A DNA stretch of 64,000 bases. Source: Candidatus Nanoarchaeia archaeon (GTDB taxonomy: Archaea > Nanobdellota > Nanobdellia > SCGC-AAA011-G17 > JACPNG01). Positions within the stretch are counted from its first letter, which is position 1; each line of letters opens with the position of its first letter. Under the pieces are notes generated by a model. The model made no database searches and was not told the origin of the DNA. It worked only from the letters and a program-made list of their open reading frames with translations. The translations under genes were made by a program, and so were the position numbers. Positions 20,888-29,091 of the stretch are shown here, piece by piece. The DNA is taken from assembly GCA_028714375.1 (NCBI GenBank), contig JAQTMK010000004.1:3608-67607 (forward strand), written 5' to 3'.

Positions 20888-21946
20888 CTATTCCTTATGT
20901 TTTACATCCAAGGAGTGTCCATCGAAAGAATATTTATAATTCCCTTTTGTATCAAGGACAGAAATAAACCTTTTTCTTGAGGAAAGTTCCATTTGGGAAA
21001 ATGCTATGTTTGAATTATCTATCCAATCTACATCAGCTATTCCATATTTTGGATTATTCTGAGCAACCGGGCTAATTTTGTTAGTTTTTGTATCATAAAT
21101 AAAGAATGAAGATTTAAAATGAGTTTGGCTTGTAAAAGTATCACTAAGTTCGAATAAAACTTTTTTTGAATTTGGAGACCATGCAATGATTGAACCGGCA
21201 GTAAAATTATTTTTACTAATACTAACTTCTATGTTTAGCATATTTTTTCTATTTTTTCCATTTAAATCACAGATACCATAAGTTACTTCTCCAAGTTTTT
21301 TATTATAGTCTTTTTGTAATATTATTCCCCCTTCTTTTAGTACTTTTCCTGTTAAACTTCCATAAGCAACCTTAGTTTTATCAGGAGACAGTTTAATAAC
21401 ACTCACATCCTTAAATATTTCTTTTTCAGTATCATTTAAGATATTATAGATTGAAATATTGCCATTTTTTTTGTATATAAACGATGAAGAATCTATCCAA
21501 TCAGCATTTTTTGGACCAAAATCTAGAATGCTGGTAGGCAAAATTTTGTTAATTTTATTTTGTTTGTTGTCTGCATTAAAAAGGCCCAGTTGATTATCCC
21601 CGATCTCATACAATATTTTTTTCCCATCTGGAGAGAATTTTGGGTTTTTTACACCAACAGAAGGAGTAATACCAAATAAACTAATATCTATGTTGCTTTC
21701 TGTATCTAAAATTCCGAGATATCCATCCAAGCCAATATAACATAATGAATTTGATTTACTCCAATTCGGATCTCTTCCCCCGATATTTTTGCCTGTCCAT
21801 TCTAACTTGTCTTGATCAAAACTGCTTATTGTTCCATATTGATTAACAAAAATTATTTTATCTTTTTTAGAGTCGGCCAACATAGGAGACACACTAAAGC
21901 CTGCAACTAGGGCTGAGGCAACAAGTTTTTCAAGCAGGTTTTTCAT
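20888..21946 (-). CDS. Secreted TolB-like beta-propeller protein (PD40/WD40-like repeats)
   Basis: N-terminal signal peptide and repeated FSPDGKKILYE / LSPDKTKVAYG / WSPNSKKVLFE motifs. Confidence 0.7.
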   Translation of the reverse strand: MKNLLEKLVASALVAGFSVSPMLADSKKDKIIFVNQYGTISSFDQDKLEWTGKNIGGRDPNWSKSNSLCYIGLDGYLGILDTESNIDISLFGITPSVGVKNPKFSPDGKKILYEIGDNQLGLFNADNKQNKINKILPTSILDFGPKNADWIDSSSFIYKKNGNISIYNILNDTEKEIFKDVSVIKLSPDKTKVAYGSLTGKVLKEGGIILQKDYNKKLGEVTYGICDLNGKNRKNMLNIEVSISKNNFTAGSIIAWSPNSKKVLFELSDTFTSQTHFKSSFFIYDTKTNKISPVAQNNPKYGIADVDWIDNSNIAFSQMELSSRKRFISVLDTKGNYKYSFDGHSLDVKHKE

Positions 21947-22082
21947 AATTTTTGTAAAATTTAGTGATTTAATAAAGGTTATGGTTTAGAGTTATTTATA
22001 TTCTAAATAACAAAATTTATTCCAAAACCTTTAAATAAGTCTTTTATTATATATATTTAATTAACCTTAGGAGGGAAGAAGA

Positions 22083-22718
22083 ATGGTGAATTATACTGAA
22101 GGTCTTAAAAGACCATTTACAGATGTTAAAAAACTCCTTATAGGTATTGTTTTGAGCATATTGCCAATAATTAATTTCTTTGTTATGGGTTATCAGCTAG
22201 AATGTGCCAGATCAATGCTTAAGAAAGGAAAACCAGAATATGCGTTGCCTGAATGGAATCATTGGGGGAATTTATTCTTAAGAGGATTCTTAACTTTAAT
22301 AATCGGAATAATATATATGATACCCCTAGTAATCGTTGGGATTCTTGTTTTTGGAAATACATTAATGAATTTGGCTACTGTATGGTTTACAGGAACTGTA
22401 ACGCCTGATCTTTTTGCAGGATTGGGAGCTGGATTAGCAGTATTTATTTTAGTAGCAATATTGTTAGCATATATAATTCCAAGCGCAATAGTAGCATTTG
22501 CATCAGACTATAAATTCGGATCTGCATTCAAGTTAGGAAAAATACTAAAGAAAGCATTTACAGGAAAATACTTTGGAGCATGGTTTGTTTCAATCGTGGT
22601 TTCAATGTTATTTGGATTAGTATTTAGCATTGTTCCTTATCTTGGCGGTGCAATTACCAGCTTTATAGTTGGTGTGATAATGTATTCACTTATCGGACAG
22701 GCTTATTCAGAAGCCTGA
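22083..22718 (+). CDS. DUF4013-family membrane protein
   Basis: The N-terminus LKRPFTDVKKLLIGIVLSILPIINFFVMGYQLECAR...P.LPEWNHWGNLFLRGF matches my recollection of DUF4013. Five to six TM helices. Confidence 0.6.
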   Translation: MVNYTEGLKRPFTDVKKLLIGIVLSILPIINFFVMGYQLECARSMLKKGKPEYALPEWNHWGNLFLRGFLTLIIGIIYMIPLVIVGILVFGNTLMNLATVWFTGTVTPDLFAGLGAGLAVFILVAILLAYIIPSAIVAFASDYKFGSAFKLGKILKKAFTGKYFGAWFVSIVVSMLFGLVFSIVPYLGGAITSFIVGVIMYSLIGQAYSEA

Positions 22719-22726
22719 TTTTTTTA
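22698..22726. terminator. Hairpin ('caggctt-attcag-aagcctg') plus T-run inside the 12-nt convergent overlap
   Basis: A perfect 7-bp stem spans the stops of both convergent genes and is followed by 'attttttt' on the + strand. Confidence 0.5.
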
Positions 22727-23423
22727 TTTTAAATTTAGAAATTTTTCCGTTAGTCTCATCCATCATAACATTTTCTATGTTTATCTTTGAGTTTAATTTA
22801 TTGTTTATCAACCATGAATCAGATGGAACAATTTTTCCTTTGAGTTTTTTTGCATCAAACCACTTTAGTTTTCCACTTGGTGTTTCTTTGAAATTTAACT
22901 GGTCTACTGAGATTTTTGTCATAAATAATATAAAACCATACTTAATAATCCCTTTTTCCTGGACCCTTTCGTGAAGGACTGCATTGATGGACTTAAACTT
23001 TCCATTTAAATTTGTTTTTTCCCTTACCAGTCTTAATGATGCATCTTCAATAGACTCATCTAAAAGAATTTTTCCTCCTATCATTGCCCAATAGGTTTTA
23101 TATGGTCTTTTTGTTCTTTTTATCAAAAGTATCTTGTCCTTATTTATTATTGAAACTAGGACAATGGGAAGAGGACTTAATTTATTTTCTGCAAGATGAG
23201 AAAAGTTAGGTATATATTTTTCTGCGTTCTTGGTTAGATAATAAAAATCATTTTTCTTTTCTATCAGCTCCTGTTTCTGCATTGCTTCAAGGTGATAGGC
23301 AAGGGCATTTGATCTTATCTTTAATGTTTTTTCTATCTCGCTGAATCTTAATTTTGTTTTTTTCTGGAACAATCCAAATATTTTTTCCCTTTCTTTCTTT
23401 GAAAGGTTTTTCAGATATTTCAT
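22707..23423 (-). CDS. Winged-HTH (ArsR-like) plus NUDIX hydrolase fusion
   Basis: N-terminal HTH (FSEIEKTLKIRSNALAYHLEAMQKQELI). C-terminal Nudix region WAMIGGKILLDESIEDASLRLVREKTNL. Confidence 0.7.
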   Translation of the reverse strand: MKYLKNLSKKEREKIFGLFQKKTKLRFSEIEKTLKIRSNALAYHLEAMQKQELIEKKNDFYYLTKNAEKYIPNFSHLAENKLSPLPIVLVSIINKDKILLIKRTKRPYKTYWAMIGGKILLDESIEDASLRLVREKTNLNGKFKSINAVLHERVQEKGIIKYGFILFMTKISVDQLNFKETPSGKLKWFDAKKLKGKIVPSDSWLINNKLNSKINIENVMMDETNGKISKFKIKKSGF

Positions 23424-23491
23424 TAGTCAATAAAATTTGAGGAATTATTTAAATATTTAGCGTTTTAAGTTAGTTTTTGGGGGTGTTTTAT

Positions 23492-23959
23492 ATGGAAGAC
23501 GTCAAAGAAAAAGTGCATTACATATCTGTTACAGGAATAATAAAAAAAGGAGGAAAATACCTTATATGCAAGAGAAGTCCTAATGAGAAAATTTTTCCAA
23601 GCAAGTGGTGCGTTCCTGGCGGAAAACTTACCCACAGCGATTTCATCAATACCAAGAAAGATACGAGTGATCATTGGCTGAATATTTTTGAAAAAGTTTT
23701 GGAGAGGGAAATATATGAGGAAACCGGTATAAAGATAAAAAACATTGGTTATGTTTCAAGTCTAGTTCTTTTAAGACCAAATGGGTTTTCAGGAGTGATA
23801 GTAAGTTTGTTTGCAGACTATTCACACGGAGAAATAAAATTAAATGACTCAGAACTTGTGGATTGTGCATGGGTTGACCTTGATGAAGCAAAAAACTATG
23901 ATTTGATTGAAAATATATATGAGCAGCTTGTTAAGGTAAGCAAACTCGGGAATAATTAA
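23492..23959 (+). CDS. NUDIX hydrolase
   Basis: Nudix box GGKLTHSD...EKVLEREIYEETGI. The ATG at 23492 is preferred over the track's TTG at 23477. Confidence 0.8.
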   Translation: MEDVKEKVHYISVTGIIKKGGKYLICKRSPNEKIFPSKWCVPGGKLTHSDFINTKKDTSDHWLNIFEKVLEREIYEETGIKIKNIGYVSSLVLLRPNGFSGVIVSLFADYSHGEIKLNDSELVDCAWVDLDEAKNYDLIENIYEQLVKVSKLGNN

Positions 23960-24050
23960 TTTATTTTCTATTTTTAAATATAGAATTTTAAGTCAAACAA
24001 TCCTTAAATACTAAATTCCTCTAGGTTATTGATATAAAGAGGGAAAATAA

Positions 24051-25106
24051 ATGGATTTTAACAGTTTTGGAACATTCCAGGTTTACCTGAGCATTGTTTT
24101 ATTCCTGATAGTTTTAGTTTATTTTTTGAGCCTGAAAGAGAAAGGGAAGGTTGCCAGCAAGAATTTAATTACTGCTATGTTTTTCCTTGCTGTTTTATTT
24201 TCATTAAGATTCTTATGGGTTAACGGATTGGGTTTAATGATACATTTGCTTGTCATGTTTGTAATTTCTTTGATAATATTTATTATGTCTATCTACTATT
24301 ACAGAGGACTTAAAGGAGAAAGAATAAGAGTCTTGGAAAAAGTAGTTGATTCCAAGTTTGAGAATCCTCTTAAAGACGAGATTGAAAGAGAGGTTTTTGT
24401 TCCTAAAATAAAAGAATTAGACAGAAGAGAAAAAGATATACATAAAAAAGAGCTTCATCTCAGCAAATTTGAAGGCGTTTTGGATGACAGGGATGTTTAC
24501 TTTAAAGAATTAAACAAAGAAATCAAAGGCAGATTAAATGAGGTCAAGAAAAAAGAAAGAGAGATTGATGACAGGGAATTTGATCTGGAAGATATTAAGG
24601 CGCTGTATGATGCAAAGAATAAAAAAATAGTCAAAAGAGAGGAGAGTCTTGACAAATGGGAAGAGAAGCTTAAGAACAAGGAGGATAAACTTCTTGAAAT
24701 GGAAGACAAGATTTTTGACAAAGAAGAAGAAATTAAAATTGTAAATAAAAAAATCGAGACTCTTAAAAATGAACTTAAAGATGATAAAACAAAACTTGAT
24801 TCTTTGAAAAATGAGTTAGTTAAGAAAGATTCTGATCTTAATAAAAGAGAATCTGAAATCAAAAAAAATGAATCCAGAATACAAAAAGAAACTGAAAAAG
24901 TTGGAATGGAAATGTTAAGACTTGAGGATCTGAAAAATGAGGCAAAAGAACTTAAGGAAAAATACAAGGAAAAAATGAACAAACTTGATGATGAGATAGA
25001 TGAGTTTGAGGATGAGAAAAGAAGATACAGGCAGGAAAAAAAGGATTATGAAACCAAATACAGGATGTTATCAAAGAAAAACGGAAAGAAAGGTGAGAAA
25101 AAATGA
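24051..25106 (+). CDS. Membrane-anchored K/E-rich coiled-coil protein
   Basis: Three N-terminal TM helices, then ~250 aa of heptad-like K/E/D-rich sequence. No enzymatic motif. Confidence 0.6.
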   Translation: MDFNSFGTFQVYLSIVLFLIVLVYFLSLKEKGKVASKNLITAMFFLAVLFSLRFLWVNGLGLMIHLLVMFVISLIIFIMSIYYYRGLKGERIRVLEKVVDSKFENPLKDEIEREVFVPKIKELDRREKDIHKKELHLSKFEGVLDDRDVYFKELNKEIKGRLNEVKKKEREIDDREFDLEDIKALYDAKNKKIVKREESLDKWEEKLKNKEDKLLEMEDKIFDKEEEIKIVNKKIETLKNELKDDKTKLDSLKNELVKKDSDLNKRESEIKKNESRIQKETEKVGMEMLRLEDLKNEAKELKEKYKEKMNKLDDEIDEFEDEKRRYRQEKKDYETKYRMLSKKNGKKGEKK

Positions 25107-25402
25107 TTGACTTAATCTCATTAATACTGGCATTTTTCATCTTGGTAATGCTTGCTTTCAGCATTAATTTAATGGTCAGGATCAAGAACTTTGAGAAAGA
25201 AAAAGAGTTTTATAACCTGTTTATGGTTGGAGTATTTTTGGTTATATTAAGTGTTTTGATTGATGGATTTTATTTGTTTAATTTAACTTATGGTGGGTTT
25301 GGAATTGATTTTAATCTGGTTTACAACATTGTAAAAGTATTTTTGTTACCTTTCACAGCTATCTGCTTGTTGGCTTCTATATTTGTTTTAAGAGAAGAGT
25401 AA
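25103..25402 (+). CDS. Small membrane protein, 99 aa
   Basis: Three hydrophobic helices and a 4-nt ATGA overlap with the upstream gene. Confidence 0.55.
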   Translation: MIDLISLILAFFILVMLAFSINLMVRIKNFEKEKEFYNLFMVGVFLVILSVLIDGFYLFNLTYGGFGIDFNLVYNIVKVFLLPFTAICLLASIFVLREE

Positions 25403-25436
25403 GGTTTATATATTCTTTATTATCTATATTTACTTT

Positions 25437-25604
25437 ATGGAAGAAATATTTGAGATTATTTTCTTTATCGGATTGTTTATCATGATATTTACATTTTTTT
25501 ACTTTGAAGCATTTAACTGGGCAGCTCTGATGGGATTAATTATAATGCTGATTTCAATGTTCAGAGAATTAATACATTTAGAGAAAACGAAAAGACACGG
25601 ATAA
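25437..25604 (+). CDS. Possible small membrane protein, 55 aa (below ORF-track cut-off)
   Basis: Hand translation gives MEEIFEIIFFIGLFIMIFTFFYFEAFNWAALMGLIIMLISMFRELIHLEKTKRHG*. A TATA-like 'ggtttatatatt' lies ~25 nt upstream. Confidence 0.4.
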   Translation: MEEIFEIIFFIGLFIMIFTFFYFEAFNWAALMGLIIMLISMFRELIHLEKTKRHG

Positions 25605-26024
25605 TTATCTTATATTATTTGGATCAAATTCCTCGGTTTTTCTTGATTTTATCACTACCCATTTATTTTTTCTTGGAGGGGAGACCCTATTTTTAAAAGA
25701 AACCACCTTTTTATGAAGAATCGGTTCCTGATACTGTACAAAATAACCGATAAATCCAGACATCATATACAAAATAAATGCTACCCCAATCAAAAGATAA
25801 GCTGCAGTAAATATCTTTGATATTGTGTGTTCTGGATGAACTTCACCATAACCCCTTGTTGCCAAGGAAATGCTTGAAAAATAAAATGAGTCTATATAAC
25901 TCCATCCTTCCACTTCATGATAGAAAAATGTACCAATAGTTAACAGAATTATAACAATACCGACAAGGATTAACAGCCTTGCCCTCAACGAACTTTTCGA
26001 TGCGAAAAATAATGACTTGTCCAT
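25605..26024 (-). CDS. Minimal 2-TM ion channel (KcsA-like) with non-canonical filter TRGYGE
   Basis: TM1 (LILVGIVIILLTIGTFFY), pore helix/filter SFYFSSISLATRGYGEV and TM2 (IFTAAYLLIGVAFILYMM). Confidence 0.65.
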   Translation of the reverse strand: MDKSLFFASKSSLRARLLILVGIVIILLTIGTFFYHEVEGWSYIDSFYFSSISLATRGYGEVHPEHTISKIFTAAYLLIGVAFILYMMSGFIGYFVQYQEPILHKKVVSFKNRVSPPRKNKWVVIKSRKTEEFDPNNIR

Positions 26025-26126
26025 TGTAACTATTATTTTTTATGGGTTTTTAAATCTTTTTTATTTTTGGGAAGTAATAGGGTATAGAACAGAAATAATT
26101 TTAAACTAGCAAACCATCAATAACCT

Positions 26127-26987
26127 ATGAGAAAACCGGTGGTTGATGGTATTTTCTATGAGAAGGATTTTGATAGATTAAACAAACAGATTGAGAACTG
26201 TTTTATGGACAAAAAAGGGCCTGGAGAATTTTCAGAAAGAAAAAAAGAAAAAATAGCAGGAATAATAAGTCCTCATGCCGGTTATTCTTTTTCAGGATTT
26301 TGCCAGGCATGGGCATACAAGGAAATAGCTGAGTCAAAATTCCCAAAAAGATATGTTATAATCGGGATAAATCACATGAACAAAGGTGAGAATTATTCTG
26401 TTTCTTTGGAAGATTTTGAAACTCCTTTTGGAAAAATAAAAACCGATATTGGATTTGGAAAAGAATTAATGAGCAAGTGCAAGTTTTTGAAAAACGATGA
26501 GCAAGCGCATGTAAACGAACACAGTATTGAGGTTCAATTACCATTCTTACAATATGTAAGCAGAGACAAATTAAAAGATTTAAGGATTGTTCCTATTCTA
26601 ATATCTGAATTTGATTATGAAAAATGCAAAAAATTAGGATGGGCCATAGGAGAGATTGATGAAAACACAGTTGTTATTGTAAGCTCTGATTTTACACATT
26701 ATGGAAAACATTATGGTTATATTCCTTTTTTGGATAATGTAAAGAAAAGAATGTATGAGATGGATCTTGATGCTATAAATGCTATCACAGATTTAAATTC
26801 AAGAAAATTTTTAGACCATTTAGAGAAAACAAATGCTACCATCTGCGGAGCTGGTGCTATTTTAGCCGGCATTGAAGCATTTAAGGGTTTAGATTGTGAC
26901 AAGGGAAATTTATTAAGATATTATACTTCAGGTGATCTAACAAATTATGATAATGCTGTAGGTTATGCAGCAATCGTGTTCAAATGA
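26127..26987 (+). CDS. MEMO1-family protein (AmmeMemoRadiSam system protein B)
   Basis: MRKPVVDGIFYEKD..., ISPHAGYSFSG, EHSIEVQLPFLQ and SSDFTHYG motifs. Confidence 0.85.
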   Translation: MRKPVVDGIFYEKDFDRLNKQIENCFMDKKGPGEFSERKKEKIAGIISPHAGYSFSGFCQAWAYKEIAESKFPKRYVIIGINHMNKGENYSVSLEDFETPFGKIKTDIGFGKELMSKCKFLKNDEQAHVNEHSIEVQLPFLQYVSRDKLKDLRIVPILISEFDYEKCKKLGWAIGEIDENTVVIVSSDFTHYGKHYGYIPFLDNVKKRMYEMDLDAINAITDLNSRKFLDHLEKTNATICGAGAILAGIEAFKGLDCDKGNLLRYYTSGDLTNYDNAVGYAAIVFK

Positions 26988-27127
26988 GATGCGTAATCCA
27001 TAATAGGGAAGCTGAAAAGAACTGCATGTGGTGCGGAGACAAAATCTGTTCTATGTGCATTAAAGAAGCAAGTGGAAAACCATATTGCCAGAGTTGCAGG
27101 CAGAAATTACAGGGACATAGATTATGA
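26984..27127 (+). CDS. B-box-type zinc-finger mini-protein, 47 aa (below ORF-track cut-off)
   Basis: Hand translation gives MRCVIHNREAEKNCMWCGDKICSMCIKEASGKPYCQSCRQKLQGHRL*. ATGA overlaps with both the upstream MEMO1 gene and the downstream DUF192 gene. Confidence 0.6.
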   Translation: MRCVIHNREAEKNCMWCGDKICSMCIKEASGKPYCQSCRQKLQGHRL

Positions 27128-27417
27128 AGATTACAGGAACAGTGTTAAGAAACAGTTTTTCTCAGTTTTTGGGATTTAGATTTAGTTTGAATAAGAGTAA
27201 AATTTTAATATTTGATCTTAAAAAAGAGAAAAAAGTTTTAGTTGATATGTTTTATGTGTTTTTTCCTCTGGATATTATTTTTTTGGATGAAGGTAAAAAA
27301 GTGATTGAGATTAGACATGCTCAGCCTTTTAGTTTTGTAATACCTAAAAATAAAGTAAGATATATTGTTGAAGGACAGCTTGAAAACATTAACTTAAATG
27401 ATGTTATGGAGTTTTAG
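27124..27417 (+). CDS. DUF192-family protein
   Basis: LGFRFS...MFYVFFPLDIIFLDEGKKVIEI resembles the DUF192 core (PLDiiFld..g.Vv.i). Confidence 0.6.
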   Translation: MKITGTVLRNSFSQFLGFRFSLNKSKILIFDLKKEKKVLVDMFYVFFPLDIIFLDEGKKVIEIRHAQPFSFVIPKNKVRYIVEGQLENINLNDVMEF

Positions 27418-27434
27418 AAACCTTTATAAAGGGA
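27417..27434 (+). promoter_or_regulatory. BRE/TATA promoter 'gaaacctttataaaggga' upstream of the DEAD-box helicase
   Basis: The identical 18-mer recurs at 50562..50579. It lies ~100 nt upstream of the ATG, implying a long leader. Confidence 0.5.
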
Positions 27435-27532
27435 CAAAAATGAACAAATTAAAAGTATTACTAAATGAGAAAGCACTTGCTTATTAAATTAACATTTTGC
27501 TTTTTCTGAAGAAGTGCTGTAAGGAGTAAAAT

Positions 27533-28732
27533 ATGAGAACATTTGAAGAGATAGGATTAAACCCCCAGTTAGTCGGGGCTGTAAAAAAATTAGGATTTAC
27601 ACATCCAACACAGATTCAGGAAGAGTCTATACCATACATTTTAGACGGCAGAGACATACTTGGAGAGTCTGCAACAGGATCTGGAAAGACCTTGGCTTTT
27701 GGAGTCGGAGTTATAGACAAAGTAGTTCCAAAACAAGGATTACAGGCATTAATATTAACACCAACAAGAGAACTTGCTGAGCAGGTAAAAGACTCTTTGG
27801 TTAAATTTTCATTCCAAAAACCACTAAAAATAATTGCAATTTACGGTGGAGTTTCAATCAATCCACAGATAAAGGATCTGTATACTGCCGATGTTGTTAT
27901 TGCAACACCCGGAAGATTACTAGATCATGTCCAAAGAAGAACAATTAATTTTTCAAAAATAAGATTGCTTGTTTTAGACGAAGCAGACAGGATGCTTGAT
28001 ATGGGATTTATGGAAGATGTTGAGAAAATTATTAAACTATGTCCTGTAAAAAGACAGACTTTGTTTTTTTCTGCTACAATTTTGTCTTCAATAAAAAAAT
28101 TAGCAGGAAGATACATGAACAACCCTGTAAGTGTTTTTGCTGAAAAAATGGTTGATCCTACAAAACTTAAACAGGAATATTATGACATAACAAAAAATCT
28201 TAAAGTTTCTTTATTATTGCATTTGTTACAGAATGAAAAATCAGGATTAGTTATGGTTTTCTGCAACACAAGAAGAACAACTGATTTTGTTGTGAAAAAC
28301 CTAAGAGTAAACAAGATGGATGCAATTGCAATCCACGGCGGATTGTCACAGAACAAAAGAACAAGAACAATTGAACTGTTTAACAAAGCAAAAGTAACTG
28401 TTTTGGTATGCACTGATGTTGCTGCAAGAGGACTGCATATTGACAATGTTTCACACGTTTACAATTATGATATTCCAAGAGACCCCAATGACTATGTTCA
28501 CAGAATTGGAAGGACAGCAAGAGCTGGTGAAGAAGGGAAGGTTGTAAATCTTTTATCTCCTGAAGACCATGATAATTTTTCAAGAGTAAAAAGAGATTAT
28601 TCTTTTTCAATTGAAAAGATGCAAAAACCATTTTTGAAGGAAGTCAACAGGGTATTTCCTGAAAAAAGGCATTTTTCTGAAAGAAGTTCTGGTCAAAGAC
28701 CAAGATTCCACAGAAAATTCAGTCAAAGATAA
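27533..28732 (+). CDS. DEAD-box ATP-dependent RNA helicase
   Basis: Q-motif (GFTHPTQIQ), AxTGSGKT (ATGSGKTLAF), PTRELA, DEAD (VLDEADRM), SAT and HRIGRTARAG. Confidence 0.95.
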   Translation: MRTFEEIGLNPQLVGAVKKLGFTHPTQIQEESIPYILDGRDILGESATGSGKTLAFGVGVIDKVVPKQGLQALILTPTRELAEQVKDSLVKFSFQKPLKIIAIYGGVSINPQIKDLYTADVVIATPGRLLDHVQRRTINFSKIRLLVLDEADRMLDMGFMEDVEKIIKLCPVKRQTLFFSATILSSIKKLAGRYMNNPVSVFAEKMVDPTKLKQEYYDITKNLKVSLLLHLLQNEKSGLVMVFCNTRRTTDFVVKNLRVNKMDAIAIHGGLSQNKRTRTIELFNKAKVTVLVCTDVAARGLHIDNVSHVYNYDIPRDPNDYVHRIGRTARAGEEGKVVNLLSPEDHDNFSRVKRDYSFSIEKMQKPFLKEVNRVFPEKRHFSERSSGQRPRFHRKFSQR

Positions 28733-28734
28733 AC

Positions 28735-29076
28735 TTATTTAAAAGAAATAATTTGATACCCAAACTTCTCTACTTCGTCTTTTGGGAAAAAATTTATTTC
28801 CTTTGTTTTTAATACATAAGTTACTTTTTTTTCAATTTTTCTTCCTGTATACTCTTTTTTATCTGGATTCCATTCCCTTAACAATAAAGTATCTCCTTCT
28901 TTGCATTCAAAATCTGCAAGTCTTAATTCAAAGGTTTTTTTACCACTAAGGATTTTCTCGAAATATTTAGGTATTATCTTTTTTTCAATTATCATCTTTT
29001 CTCCATAACCTCTTAAAAAAGGATTTTTTATAAACTTTTGCCTATGATCCATTTTAATAAACTTTAAATAAAACAA
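28735..29076 (-). CDS. ASCH/DUF3850-like PUA-fold protein
   Basis: YFEKILSGKKTFELRLADFECKEGDTLLLREW is ASCH-like. The real start is probably the internal MIIEKK (28995). Confidence 0.6.
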   Translation of the reverse strand: MFYLKFIKMDHRQKFIKNPFLRGYGEKMIIEKKIIPKYFEKILSGKKTFELRLADFECKEGDTLLLREWNPDKKEYTGRKIEKKVTYVLKTKEINFFPKDEVEKFGYQIISFK

Positions 29077-29091
29077 CCTTTAGATAGTTTT

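Noticed and set aside
24497-24982. 161-aa S/F/L-rich antisense ORF (similarly 44333..44803, 13216..13599, 61074..61481)
   Set aside because: These are reverse-complement frames of K/E-rich coiled-coil coding sequence (AAG/GAA read as CTT/TTC). The low-complexity Ser/Phe/Leu strings are not genes.
24400-25100. Tandem DNA repeat or contingency locus in the K/E-rich gene
   Set aside because: Repetition is at the level of amino-acid composition (heptad-like). I could not find a fixed nucleotide repeat unit.
27441-27488. 15-codon mini-ORF (MNKLKVLLNEKALAY) in the DEAD-box helicase leader
   Set aside because: It is too short to support from sequence alone. It is mentioned only as a possible uORF in the leader finding.
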